This document shows positions 33,723 to 43,797 of a stretch of 64,000 nucleotides of DNA, piece after piece. The stretch is from contig OZ253470.1 in assembly GCA_965261735.1 (NCBI GenBank), positions 3,136,001-3,200,000 of the forward strand. Direction: 5' to 3'. The notes under the pieces are model-generated. The model searched no databases, had not been told where the DNA came from, and was given only the letters and a program-made list of their open reading frames with translations. Each line of letters begins with the position of its first letter. Position 1 is the stretch's first letter. The DNA is from Alphaproteobacteria bacterium (GTDB lineage: Bacteria > Pseudomonadota > Alphaproteobacteria > SHVV01). The position numbers and the translations under genes are program-made.

Positions 33723-34880
33723 TTAACTGCCCGTTCGGGGCCAGTTGTGCGTGACACCGCCCTCGCCGATCTGAATCAGAACGGCACTGGGCCGGTCGAC
33801 ATCACCGACCGCGCTCCACGTGACCGTGCCGCTGATGGCCTCGTAGTCCTTGACCCGTAAGAAGGCGTCGCGGATCGACTTGCGGCTCAGGTCGGTCGCC
33901 GTGTTGAGGACGTGCGCGACGATGTGCGTCGCGTCGTAATAGGCGGTGACGATGTTGTCGGGCGCCGCATCCATCTTGCCCGACATTTCGCGCCACAGCT
34001 TGACCCAGTTCTGGACTATCGGTCGCGGGTCGTCGGCGGCATAGAGCGCGTAGCCGATGGCCCCCTTGGCGTGGCCCTTGGACAGCTTCCAGAAGTCGAC
34101 GTTGCTGGTGACCGTGTCCGAGACCGCCTGGGCATCGACGCCGCGATCGCGGAGCTGCAACAGGAACGTCCCGGCGTCGCCGGCCTGATGGGTGAGCACG
34201 ACGGCTTCAGGCTTGGCCGCCCGGATTGCCGCCACCTGCGAGGCGAAGTTGGTTTCCTTGCCCCTGAACGAGGTCTCGGAGACGATCTCGAGCCCCTGTT
34301 CGGCGAGTACCTTTCTCAAGACGAGGTTGTTGTTGACGGCGTACTCGTCGTCCTGGGTGTGCGAGATGGCGAACCGGCTAATGCCGAGCACCTTGTGCAC
34401 CTTGGCGATCATCGAGGGGTAGACCTTGCTCGCGATCGGTTGGTAGCGAAAGGTCCACTCGCCGAAGTCCTTGTGCGGCCAGTTTCCGGCGGAACTCGGG
34501 TTGAACACCGTAATACCGCACTTGTTGGTGTCCTCGTAAATGGCGAGCGTGCTCTTGGTGGCGCCGATGCCGTAAATCAACGGCACGTTGGGGTCGTTGC
34601 ACAGGCGGCGGAACTCGCTGATCCACTGGGCGGTATCCGGAAACCGCGTGTCGATCTTGTAGAACTCCAGCGGGCGGCCCTTGACGCCACCGGCCTTGTT
34701 GATCTCCTCGACCGCCGGCACGAGCCCGAGGTTCCACGCGCGCTCGCCGTACTCGATGTACGGGCCGCTGAAGGTATAGGCGAACGGCAGCCTGAGCGGC
34801 TCCTTCGACTGCGCCGACGCGGTCCCCGTCGCTACGACGGCCAGCGCTACCGCGGCCGCAACTGTTGATAACACCCTCAT
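33723..34880 (-). CDS. ABC transporter substrate-binding protein (LivJ-like)
   Basis: Signal peptide; EINKAGGVKGRPLE, ETNFASQVAAIRAAKPE. Confidence 0.88.
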   Translation of the reverse strand: MRVLSTVAAAVALAVVATGTASAQSKEPLRLPFAYTFSGPYIEYGERAWNLGLVPAVEEINKAGGVKGRPLEFYKIDTRFPDTAQWISEFRRLCNDPNVPLIYGIGATKSTLAIYEDTNKCGITVFNPSSAGNWPHKDFGEWTFRYQPIASKVYPSMIAKVHKVLGISRFAISHTQDDEYAVNNNLVLRKVLAEQGLEIVSETSFRGKETNFASQVAAIRAAKPEAVVLTHQAGDAGTFLLQLRDRGVDAQAVSDTVTSNVDFWKLSKGHAKGAIGYALYAADDPRPIVQNWVKLWREMSGKMDAAPDNIVTAYYDATHIVAHVLNTATDLSRKSIRDAFLRVKDYEAISGTVTWSAVGDVDRPSAVLIQIGEGGVTHNWPRTGS

Positions 34881-35058
34881 TGGGTTCCTCCCTGGTTCAT
34901 TCGATTGTTGGCGTCCCGCAACATAGCATGGCGCCGGCGCGTCGCCAACCATCGCTGGTGCTTGCACGGCTTTGGACCAAGGCCTCTGGACCACCGTATT
35001 GTCGGACCCCTGAAGTGGGGAGGCTCCGCGTACGTGCCGGGCTCGCCGCGGCAGCAAT

Positions 35059-35217
35059 TTGTTCACAGCATCCCGGCAGTGAGTATTAACGAAGTAGCTA
35101 GTTAACGAATCTCACAAAATGTTGATCGATTTTCTGTGGATAACTCCGTGGATTACTCTGTGGATAAAATTGTAGACCCTTGACCGATATAAAACCGTCC
35201 GTTAAGGACACGTTAAC
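35059..35217. promoter_or_regulatory. cluster of DnaA boxes plus a CtrA box and a GANTC site
   Basis: TGTGGATAA at 35135 and 35159, 2-mismatch copy at 35147; TTAA-N7-TTAAC at 35202-35217; GAATC at 35107. Confidence 0.6.
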
Positions 35218-35242
35218 GCGACGTTTACCGAACCCCGCTACT

Positions 35243-35962
35243 AGGGTCCGGACTCACTACAGCCACCAGATGACGGCGGCGGCAAGGGCGATTGCGGCGA
35301 TGAAGTTTTTGATGTTGCGGTCGAAGCGAGTGGCTATACGGCGCCAGTCCTTGAGGCGGCAAAACATGCGCTCGATGATGTTGCGCTGCCTGTAGACGGT
35401 CTTGTCATAATGGTATTGGACCTTGCGGTTCTTGCGCGGTGGGATGACGGCCGTGGTTCCGCGTTCTGCCAGCCAGTCGCGCAGGGCTTTGCTGTCATAG
35501 CCCTTTGTCGGCGACGAGTTCGGCGGCGGGCGGCATGGCTTCGATACAGCGCTGGGCGACCTTGCAATCATGGACGTTTCCTGGCGTCAGGAGCAGGACG
35601 AGGGGCCTGCCTTTCGCATCGCAGACAGCGTGGAGCTTGGTGTTGCGGCCCCCCTTGGTGCGGCCGATGCCATGGGCCAAGGCCCCCCTTTTCCGCCGCC
35701 GGCGCAGCGATGAACCTTGATGCAGGTTGAATCGATGAACAGCCGGTCGGGGACGTCTTCGCCGCCCGCCCGCGCGCTGAATATCCGTTCCCAGATGCCG
35801 CGCTCCGCCCAGCGTACAAAGCGGTTGTAGAGCGTCTTCTTCGGTCCGTAGACCTCACGCGGACAGTCGGCCCAGCGCCCGCCATTCCTCAGGGCATGGA
35901 CGATCCCGCTCAGCACCCGGCGATCGTCAACGCGCGCCATGCCGCGCGTATCCGTCGGCGCC
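35243..35962 (-). mobile_element. IS5 family (IS427-like) remnant: 5'-truncated, frameshifted transposase
   Basis: RVDDRRVLSGI, KTLYNRFVRW, IDSTCIKVHRCAGGGKGG, GRTKGGRNTKLH, IERMFCRLKDWRRIATRFD; extra G near 35500. Confidence 0.85.
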
Positions 35963-36014
35963 GCGGACCGGATCCCGATCATTGTGCGGTATCGGCGGCG
36001 ATCCGGGTCGGAGA

Positions 36015-36944
36015 TTAACCCGGCGCCGGAGTGCGGGCATGGAGGCCGGCGGCTCGAACGGCGGCGCGGCACGCGAGAAACAGAGGCATCAACGCTAGGC
36101 CGGAAAGGTCGGCTTGGCCCTCGAGATAAGCATTGAGCACGATATTGGCGTGGCCTTCGAGCTGACGATGCCACAGGTCCATGAGCAGGAACGCGAGGTC
36201 GTAGAGCACGTCGATACAAGCGATACGCTCGTTGAACTCGATGGCATCGAACAGGGTCGGCCGCCCCTCCCACAGGAAGATGTTGCGCAGGTGGAGGTCG
36301 CCGTGGCACAGGCGCACGAAGCCAGCTCGACGCCGCGACTCCAAGAGCGCGGCGTTAGCGGCCACGGCGGCGCGTGATGCCCCGGTGAGCCGGTCGACGC
36401 GATCGCGCGAGAAGACGCGCCCGGCAAAAGCCTCGAGCTGGCGGGCATCGCCGTCCACGACCTCCCTCATCGCGTCGGCGCCGCCGCAGTCGTGGCGGCG
36501 CTCTGCGGTGGCGTGGAAAGCCACGATGACGCGGGCGAGTTCGTGCGTCAGGGGTCCGCGGAGCGCGCCACGGAGGGCGAGGCGGTCGAGCAGGGTCTCC
36601 TCGTCGAACCGGTTCATTTCAACGATCCAGTCGACCGGCTCGCCCTCGCCGCCGAGCACCAGCCCATCGCCGGCCGCGCGCGCTATCGGCATTGCGCGGC
36701 GGTAGATGCCCGGCGCGGTCTCGCTGTTACGCACGATTTCGGCGGCGCAGGCGGTACGCCTCTTGTCGAGCGTCGAGAAGTCCATGTAGTCGAAGAGCAC
36801 AGCGCGCTTGAGCTTGTAGGCGCGATCGCCGACGAGAAACACGACGGCGCCGTGGGTATCGATCCGCTTTACGGGCCCGACGCTGCCATGTGTGGCCGGG
36901 TCCGACAGGAACGCGATGACCGCGCTCTGATCCTCTGTGATCAT
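36015..36944 (-). pseudogene. N-terminal phosphotransferase part of bifunctional phosphotransferase-ATP-binding protein
   Basis: IDTHGAVVFL, AYKLKRAV, CHGDLHLRNI, FDAIEFN, FLACRAAVRA then abrupt end. Confidence 0.85.
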
Positions 36945-37010
36945 CGCCGTCTCCCGACTGGGCGACCGCCCGAGTGGGCGCGCGGGCGCGCGGACCGGTG
37001 GCGTCAGCGA

Positions 37011-37955
37011 TTACGAGAACTCGGCCCGTTCCTCGTCCACGCCCTCTGGGTCCTGATGGATAATGACGTCGGTGTTGGGAAACGCCTCGCGGATCTCTAC
37101 CTCCACCTCGTCGGAGATCTCATGCGCCCGCTTCAGCGAGATGCTGCCGTCGAGCTCGAGGTGAAGCTGGATGAAGGAGTGAATGCCGGCCGAGCGGGTG
37201 CGCATGTCGTGGACGTCTCGGACGTGGGGGTGGCGGAGCGCCAAGTCGCGGATCCGCGCCCGCCTCTCCAGCGGAAACTCGCGGTCGAGCAAGATGTCGA
37301 AGGAGCCGCCAACGATCCGCCAGGCGCTGTACAGAATGTAAAAGGCGACGCCGATCGCGAACAGCGGGTCGAAATAGTGGAGGTCGAACACGGTGGCCAA
37401 CACCAGAGCGGCAATCACGCTGAGATTCATCAGCAGATCGGAGGTGTAGTGGAGCGAATCGGCCGAAATTGCGACCGAGCCGGTACGCCGCACGACAAAC
37501 CTCTGTAACTGGACGAGGGCGAAGGTCAGGGCAATCGAGAACACCATGACGGCGATACCGGCGGGCCCGTTCTCTACCGGCGCAGGCGCGAGCAAACGCC
37601 CTACGGCGTTGATCAGCAGGAAGACGACCGAGCCCGCGATCAGCAGGGCCTGGCCCAGGCCGGCCAAGGGCTCCGCCTTACCGTGGCCGAAGCGATGCTC
37701 GCGGTCGGCCGGCACGAGCGCATGACGGATGGCGAAGAGCGTCACCACGGAGGCCACCAGATCGAGCAGCGAATCGATCGTTGAACTCAGCATCGCTACG
37801 GAGTCGGTGTGTAGCCATGCAACGATCTTGACCGCGGCGAGCACCGCGGCAACGCTGACCGAGGCATACGTGGCGAGCCGTAGGAGGCGACCCGTCGCCG
37901 GGTCGTGGCCGCTTTGCTGCCGCACCGTCATGTTATCGGACTCGCGGACCGGCAT
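37011..37955 (-). CDS. fieF: cation diffusion facilitator (FieF-like)
   Basis: HRFGHGKAE, ADSLHY, HDMRTR, AHEISD, IIHQDP. Confidence 0.88.
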   Translation of the reverse strand: MPVRESDNMTVRQQSGHDPATGRLLRLATYASVSVAAVLAAVKIVAWLHTDSVAMLSSTIDSLLDLVASVVTLFAIRHALVPADREHRFGHGKAEPLAGLGQALLIAGSVVFLLINAVGRLLAPAPVENGPAGIAVMVFSIALTFALVQLQRFVVRRTGSVAISADSLHYTSDLLMNLSVIAALVLATVFDLHYFDPLFAIGVAFYILYSAWRIVGGSFDILLDREFPLERRARIRDLALRHPHVRDVHDMRTRSAGIHSFIQLHLELDGSISLKRAHEISDEVEVEIREAFPNTDVIIHQDPEGVDEERAEFS

Positions 37956-37970
37956 CGCGGCGCCTCCGGT

Positions 37971-38603
37971 TCACGGCGAAAGGAGTACCGATGACCAGCC
38001 TGAGTCGGCGCGCGTGTAGAGCAGACGGTCGTGGAGCCGAGACGGGCGCTCCTGCCAAAACTCGATGTGCTCCGGAACCAGCCGGTAACCGGACCAGAAC
38101 GGCGGCCTCGGAAGCTCTGTCGCCGCGAACTTCTCCGCGTAGCCGTCGAACGCGCGCTCGAGCTCGGCGCGCTCCGATAGCGGCTCCGACTGCTTCGAGG
38201 CCCACGCACCGATGCGGGCATCCAGCGGCCGGGTCGCGAAGTAGGCGTCGGCTTCCGCCTCGCTCACGAGGCTCACCACGCCCTCGATGCGAACCTGCCT
38301 GTTGAGGCTCTTCCAGTGCAGGCACAGGGCCGCTCGAGGATCGCCCTGCAGCTCACGGCCCTTGCGGCTTTCGAGATTGGTGTAGAAGACGAAACCGCCG
38401 CCATCCACCGCCTTGAGCAGAACCATCCTGACCGAAGGCGCGCCGTCGGGCGCCGCCGTTGCCAGCGCCATTGCGTGGGGCAGGCCAGGTTCCGCGGCGC
38501 ACGCCTCGTCGAACCACCTGGCGAAGGTCGTGAGCGGGTCGGCGTCCCCGGCGATGGCCGGGCCGCTCCACCCTCGCGGCGTATCGGACCCCACGTCATT
38601 CAC
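37971..38603 (-). CDS. pdxH: pyridoxamine 5'-phosphate oxidase
   Basis: [37 protein letters not shown]. Confidence 0.96.
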   Translation of the reverse strand: MNDVGSDTPRGWSGPAIAGDADPLTTFARWFDEACAAEPGLPHAMALATAAPDGAPSVRMVLLKAVDGGGFVFYTNLESRKGRELQGDPRAALCLHWKSLNRQVRIEGVVSLVSEAEADAYFATRPLDARIGAWASKQSEPLSERAELERAFDGYAEKFAATELPRPPFWSGYRLVPEHIEFWQERPSRLHDRLLYTRADSGWSSVLLSP

Positions 38604-38791
38604 CCTCGTCGCCTCCGCTCAAGGTACAGTCTCGATAAGCCGTACGTGAGAGGCCCGACGCGAAAATGCCGCGGCCGCATTGCCCGGGCGGGTCTGGTGA
38701 GCCCCACCATCCGTTACTATATAAATGACTTTTGATAGTCGCGCCAAAGTGTCAAAATAAGCAAAACTGGGCTTTCGAAGAGGTGAGTAGG

Positions 38792-39268
38792 ATGAACGGT
38801 ATCAAGTTTGCCGGCCTCGGGGCGATTTTCTTGCTCTTGGCTGCGTGCACCACGGATGCGGGGCCCAAACAGCAGTTGGGCACCATCCTTGGCGGAGTGG
38901 GTGGCGCGGTTGCCGGTGCCCAGTTAGGCTCCGGCAAGGGTCGCCTTGCCGCGACCGCCGTGGGCGCGGTTCTCGGGGCGTTCTTGGGCAACGAGGTCGG
39001 GAAGTCGCTTGATCGCGCCGACCGCATCGCCATGGGGCAGACCATGCAGTCGAGCCTCGAAACGGCGCCCTCGGGGACCACCAGCCGGTGGCACAACCCG
39101 GACACAGGGAATTCGGGGACATTCACGCCGCGGCCGAGCCGCACGACCAGCAGCGGTCAGTATTGCCGCGAGTTTCAGCAGACGGTGACGGTCGGCGGCA
39201 ACAGCGAAGAGGCCTACGGCACGGCCTGTCGCCAAGCGGATGGCAGCTGGCAGATCGTTAGCGGCTAG
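38792..39268 (+). CDS. 17 kDa surface antigen-like lipoprotein (glycine zipper)
   Basis: LLAAC lipobox, glycine zipper, WHNPDTG, YCREFQQ, AYGTACRQADGSW. Confidence 0.9.
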   Translation: MNGIKFAGLGAIFLLLAACTTDAGPKQQLGTILGGVGGAVAGAQLGSGKGRLAATAVGAVLGAFLGNEVGKSLDRADRIAMGQTMQSSLETAPSGTTSRWHNPDTGNSGTFTPRPSRTTSSGQYCREFQQTVTVGGNSEEAYGTACRQADGSWQIVSG

Positions 39269-39323
39269 GCCTCCGGGCGCACGGGTCGGCACCGAATAGG
39301 AAGGCAATGCGGGGGTAGAGGCG

Positions 39324-40791
39324 ATGACATGGGGGCGGTCCGCCGAGCGGGCGGCACGCGGGGTGCGTGCCGCGGGCGCTCTGTTGTGCGTGTTGGCGCT
39401 GCTGCACGGCAGCACCGTCGCAGCCGAAATCGATGGCCCATTCAAGTCCGGCATAGACGCGTACCAGAGCGGCGACTATGTGGCGGCGTTCAAGGCCTGG
39501 CTGCCACTGGCGCACAGCGGCGACCCCGCCGCTCAACGCAATCTCGGCCACCTCTACCGCATGGGCCTAGGGGCCGGGCAGGACTTCAGCAAGGCCGTGG
39601 AGTGGTACCGGCGTGCCGCCGAATCAGGCTTGGCGCGCGCCCAGGCCAATCTGGGAAACGCCTACCTGCGGGGTCAGGGGGTGGCGCGGAACTATAGGAA
39701 GGCAAAGACTTGGTTCGAGCGTGCCGCCGCCCAGGGCCACACGATCTCCCAGTACAACTTGGCCCTCATGTACGAGAGCGGCCTCGGGATGGTCGCCGAC
39801 GACGCCGAAGCGCTGAAATGGTTCTACCTTGCATCGAAGGGTGGCCACGGCAAGGCTCTGAGAAAGCTGGCTCAACTGATATCGCAGAATGCGCCCGCGG
39901 AGCTCGCGAGCCTGATCGTTGGCGATGCGCGTACGACCGAGGTCGCCGCGGCCAGCGCCGCAGTGCCGGGCGCCGCCTCGGCAGCCGCCCGCACCGCATC
40001 GGCGACACCAGGCGATCACGCGGCGCTGGCCGAGACCGCCCCGAACAACCGCGGCTAAGCCGGCAGCCGGCGAGTCGGCGGTCCCAGCCGCGGCGACGGT
40101 GGCTGTCCTCGCGGCGCCACCAAAGACTCTGGGGCCCGGTGGCCGAGCCGATCGAGCACCCCGCGTTGGAGCCCGCGTGCAGGCATCCCCCTTCTTCGGC
40201 GCCGCCGAATATAGCGACGCGGACGAGCGAGGCCGGCAGTTCCATGCGACCTACGTTCTGGCATCGGCGGCAGCGGGCGCGCCGGCCGATGGTGGCAGCA
40301 ACACCGGCACGAGCACCGAATCGAGGAGTTGGTGGGCAAAGCTCTTCTTTCCCGACGGCGGCGGCAGCGCGGCAACAGCCGCGGCCCGTGATGGCGCGAC
40401 GGCGTCATCAGGCGCGCAGGAGCGGAAACAGGACGTGCACCCGCAGGTGGCGCAAGGACCGAGCGTTGCCGTACCCGTGGTACCGGAGTCGGCCATTCTC
40501 GATGCCGGCCTCATGGCCTATCGCGCACGCGACTACCGCACGGCGATGGCCAACTGGCTCAACCTCGCCGAGTCGGGCAACCACTACGCCCAGTTCTTTA
40601 TCGGCGGCCTCTACGCCGATGGTGCCGGGGTGCCGCGGGACATCGTGCGCGCTGCCGTATGGTGGACCCTGGCCGGCAATCAGGGCCACGACAAGGCGTT
40701 GGAGTTCCTCGCCACGCTCAAGCCGGAACTCACGGCGGAAGAAACGGTCGCCACCAACCTGTTGGTCAGGTCCTGGACCATCGCTGAATAG
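39324..40791 (+). pseudogene. SEL1-like repeat protein, frameshifted in its Ala-rich linker (~40040)
   Basis: SEL1 repeats in ORF 39324-40058 and again at the end of ORF 39919-40791. Confidence 0.72.
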
Positions 40792-40912
40792 GCGCGGCGT
40801 CCGAGCACGGCGGCGGCGCGTCAACGCCGCGTTAACCATTTGCGTTTATAGGTTAGGTCGCGAGGCAGACGCCCGCCCGCCACGCCCCGCGCCCAACCCG
40901 CCCGAGGTGACG

Positions 40913-41818
40913 ATGAAAGACCTCTACGAAGTCCTCGGTGTTACAAGGAGCGCCAGCCAGGCGGAGATCAAGCACGCCTATCGCAAGCTCGCGAAGGAGC
41001 TTCATCCCGACCTCAACCCCGGCCAAACCACTGTCGCCGACCTCTTCAAGGAGGTCGCGGCCGCGTACACGATGCTTAACGACGCCGAGCGCCGGGCACA
41101 GTACGATCGCGGCCGGATACGTGGTACCGGTACGCGGCGCCGCCCCGGCGCCGAGCCCGCGACGGCGGGCCGCAGGTTCGGTTTCGAGCCCTTCGCGTTT
41201 GGCGCCGCCGCGGCCGAGGACCTATTCAGCGGCCTCTTCTCCGGCCTGGGGCCGACGAGGAAGGCCAGTTTCAAAGCCCAGGGCGCCGACCACAGCTATA
41301 AGCTGCGCGTGAGCTTCATCGATGCGGCGCTTGGCGCCAAGCGCCGGCTCGTGCTGCGTAACGGCCGCGCGGTCGAGGTCGCCATCCCCGCCGGAATCCG
41401 GGATGGCCAGTCGATCCGCCTCAAGGACCGGGGTGATCCGGGATTTGGCGGCGCGGCACCGGGTGATGCGCTGGTTCGCGTGAGCACCGAGCCCCATCCT
41501 TACTTCGGTCGTGAGGGCAACGACATACGGCTCGAAGTACCGGTGACTCTCAGGGAGGCAGTACTGAGAGCGCGAATTCGCGTGCCCACCGTCGCCGGGC
41601 CAGTGTCCATGCGGGTCCCGAAGGGCTCGAACACGGCCCGTGTGCTCCGTCTCCAGGGTAAAGGCATCAAGGATGCGGCGACGGGTGCCCTCGGCGACCA
41701 ATACGTGATGCTCAAGGTCGTCCTCCCCGACAAGACGGACACCGAGCTGGCGCGCCTGATGGCGCAATGGACGCCCCAGGACCCGCGCGGCGTGCGCCGC
41801 GGGCTCTGGCCCCTCTAG
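40913..41818 (+). CDS. DnaJ-class chaperone (CbpA-like)
   Basis: MKDLYEVLGV, HPD motif, C-terminal DnaJ domain, no Zn finger. Confidence 0.92.
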   Translation: MKDLYEVLGVTRSASQAEIKHAYRKLAKELHPDLNPGQTTVADLFKEVAAAYTMLNDAERRAQYDRGRIRGTGTRRRPGAEPATAGRRFGFEPFAFGAAAAEDLFSGLFSGLGPTRKASFKAQGADHSYKLRVSFIDAALGAKRRLVLRNGRAVEVAIPAGIRDGQSIRLKDRGDPGFGGAAPGDALVRVSTEPHPYFGREGNDIRLEVPVTLREAVLRARIRVPTVAGPVSMRVPKGSNTARVLRLQGKGIKDAATGALGDQYVMLKVVLPDKTDTELARLMAQWTPQDPRGVRRGLWPL

Positions 41819-41866
41819 GCACCAACACCTCCAAGCCCACAACGGCCCGTGCGGCGCGGTAGTGGG

Positions 41867-42754
41867 TCAGTTTGAATTTATTTTCTGGTAGGGACCGCGA
41901 GGGCCGAGATTCGGGGCCGCTTCGTCGACCAACCGCACGATGTCCTCGATATCCCAGAGCCGATCCGTAACGCCAGCGGCCATCGCCGGGCTGATCTTGT
42001 TCAGGCTCTTATGCTGGCGGCAAAAGTTGTAGTACATGAAGTGCAGCGCCACGCTGTGCGCGTGGTTCGCGATCTTCTTGCTGAATGCATTGGTCGACCG
42101 AGTGAAACGGCGGATCGACATCCGCATGGTCAGGTTGTTGCGCTCGACGTAGCTCGTAGAGACATGGGCGGGGTCCGGCTTGCCCTCGACGCTGCGCTTC
42201 CGCGCCCCGATGCAGGTCGGCGGGCTGTAGCGTTTCTCGCCGTCCTTCGCTTTGCCGTAGATTTTGACGAGCTGGGCATAGTCGACATCGCCGCCGAAAG
42301 CGCCCTCTACGGCTTCCAGATAAGGCTTGTGGCCATCGCTGGTCAGTTGGACCCGATTCTCCAGCCGAGACCGCAGATCGTCCATGAAGTCGATGGCGGT
42401 TTCACCCGAACGATCACCGATCCTCCACGACGGAACTAGCTTGGTGTCGGCGCAGATCGCGGTCCATGTCCAGACATCGCCAGCTTCCACCGGGGCGGAC
42501 TTGGCGCGGGCGACGTTCTTTTCCTTCGCGTAGATGAAGGACCAGATTTCGTCGACTTGTATACGTTCGCACGGCAGATCGCGCAGCGCCTTGTCCTGAT
42601 GGTCGGCGCACGCCTGGCCGGCATCAATCAGGAGCTTGGTGACCGTGTTCTTCGAAACGTCCGCAGTGCGTGCAGTCGCCCGGATGCTTTGGCCTTCGAC
42701 GAGGCACCGGACGATCAGCTTGCGGGTCTTGGGGTCTAGCCTGTTCATGACCAT
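41867..42754 (-). CDS. IS1-family DDE transposase (single ORF)
   Basis: HTH SIRATAR, IQVDEIWSF, LTSDG, STSYVERNNLTMR, RRFTRSTNAFSKK. Confidence 0.9.
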   Translation of the reverse strand: MVMNRLDPKTRKLIVRCLVEGQSIRATARTADVSKNTVTKLLIDAGQACADHQDKALRDLPCERIQVDEIWSFIYAKEKNVARAKSAPVEAGDVWTWTAICADTKLVPSWRIGDRSGETAIDFMDDLRSRLENRVQLTSDGHKPYLEAVEGAFGGDVDYAQLVKIYGKAKDGEKRYSPPTCIGARKRSVEGKPDPAHVSTSYVERNNLTMRMSIRRFTRSTNAFSKKIANHAHSVALHFMYYNFCRQHKSLNKISPAMAAGVTDRLWDIEDIVRLVDEAAPNLGPRGPYQKINSN

Positions 42755-42783
42755 AATATACGTGCGCTAACGGTCAGTTTCAA
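42755..42783 (-). promoter_or_regulatory. sigma70-type promoter of the IS1 transposase (probably leaderless)
   Basis: TTGAAA-N17-TATATT ending 7 nt before ATG 42748. Confidence 0.6.
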
Positions 42784-42869
42784 GACATTTCAACCAGTGT
42801 GTGTGAAACACATACATGGGAAAGGGCGGTCGGATCGGGGTTGCTCGAATTCCCGAACATCTGTATATG

Positions 42870-43045
42870 ATGAACCCGCGACGCTGAAGACGTCGCGGGT
42901 TCTAACCAATCCCGATGCAGGGGCAAGATAGAGCGGGGTTTAAAAAGATGGGTCCGACATTTTAGAACCCGCCCGAAGCCGGTCTCAACCGGCTTCGGGC
43001 ACCCCGCCTGCGGAGGTGGCATGACGTGCCACCTCCGCAGGCCTC
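42870..43045. ncRNA. putative structured non-coding RNA / multi-hairpin element inside the IS1 element
   Basis: Perfect stems of 12, 13 and 16 bp plus an imperfect stem. Confidence 0.5.
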
Positions 43046-43073
43046 CTTCTACCAGAAGCAGGGGGCGGCGACA

Positions 43074-43628
43074 ATGGTCGACAAATCAAACGCGTACGAT
43101 CTTGTGATTGCTGACCTGAAGCGTCAGCGCTCAGAGATAGACGCCATGATTGCCAAATTGGAGGCCATGGCTGGCGAACAGGTAATTCCACCTACTGATG
43201 CGCCTGATGCTCCGCCGAGCGAAGGCGATCCGGGTGGTCGGTCAGATCCCGAGAACAATCCGTATTTGGGTATGCGTGTAGCGGACGCTACGGTCTTGTT
43301 GTTGAAGAAGACGCGGAGGGCGATGGGTCCTTCGGAGATCGTGCAACATCTTGAGGCCGGCGGCCTTTTACTGAGCGGCAGCAACAGGCCGGGTACGATC
43401 ACGACGATCCTCAGTCGCCGTCAGGGGAAAAATGGCGATCTGGTGCGGCCGAGACGCGGCCAGTGGGGCCTGAAAGAATGGTACCCTGGACGGAACTTCG
43501 GAAAGACCGACGGAGCCGACAAGAACAACTCCAACGACGAGGACGCCACCTCGAAGGCTAGCGTGACCACCGAGCCCGAACAGCCTTCCGAGCCGCGTCA
43601 GAGCGCTCCGCCGCCGTCAGACGACTAG
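43074..43628 (+). CDS. coiled-coil + winged-helix (HARE-HTH-like) passenger protein
   Basis: IADLKRQRSEIDAMIAKLE; GMRVADATVLLL..EIVQHL..GQWGLKEWYP; acidic tail. Confidence 0.7.
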   Translation: MVDKSNAYDLVIADLKRQRSEIDAMIAKLEAMAGEQVIPPTDAPDAPPSEGDPGGRSDPENNPYLGMRVADATVLLLKKTRRAMGPSEIVQHLEAGGLLLSGSNRPGTITTILSRRQGKNGDLVRPRRGQWGLKEWYPGRNFGKTDGADKNNSNDEDATSKASVTTEPEQPSEPRQSAPPPSDD

Positions 43629-43797
43629 CCCTCGCGCGGCCACCGACTTGGCCACCCTTGCGGCCCCTCTCGACTGCGGAGGGGTCTTTCTCTTGGGGGC
43701 CTGTGCCTGTGTCTGTCTCTTCGACCTCGCCCGTCGCCAAGTCCACGATGTGCTTGGCGAGCTGGTTGGTGTCGCGGGGCCTCTTGCGCTTCGACAT
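43558..43797 (-). CDS. small basic KGG-motif passenger protein
   Basis: MSKRKRPRDTNQLAKHIVDLATGE..GRKGGQVGGRARA..ERSDAARKAVRARW. Confidence 0.75.
   Translation of the reverse strand: MSKRKRPRDTNQLAKHIVDLATGEVEETDTGTGPQEKDPSAVERGRKGGQVGGRARASRLTAAERSDAARKAVRARWSR

Noticed and set aside
40831-40860. TTAACCAT possible CtrA half-site upstream of the DnaJ gene
   Set aside because: Single short motif without a correctly spaced partner
39710-40912. Apparent 400 aa N-terminal extension of the DnaJ protein
   Set aside because: Arg/Pro-rich off-frame read of the SEL1 gene; an RBS-like gaggtg and ATG sit at 40913
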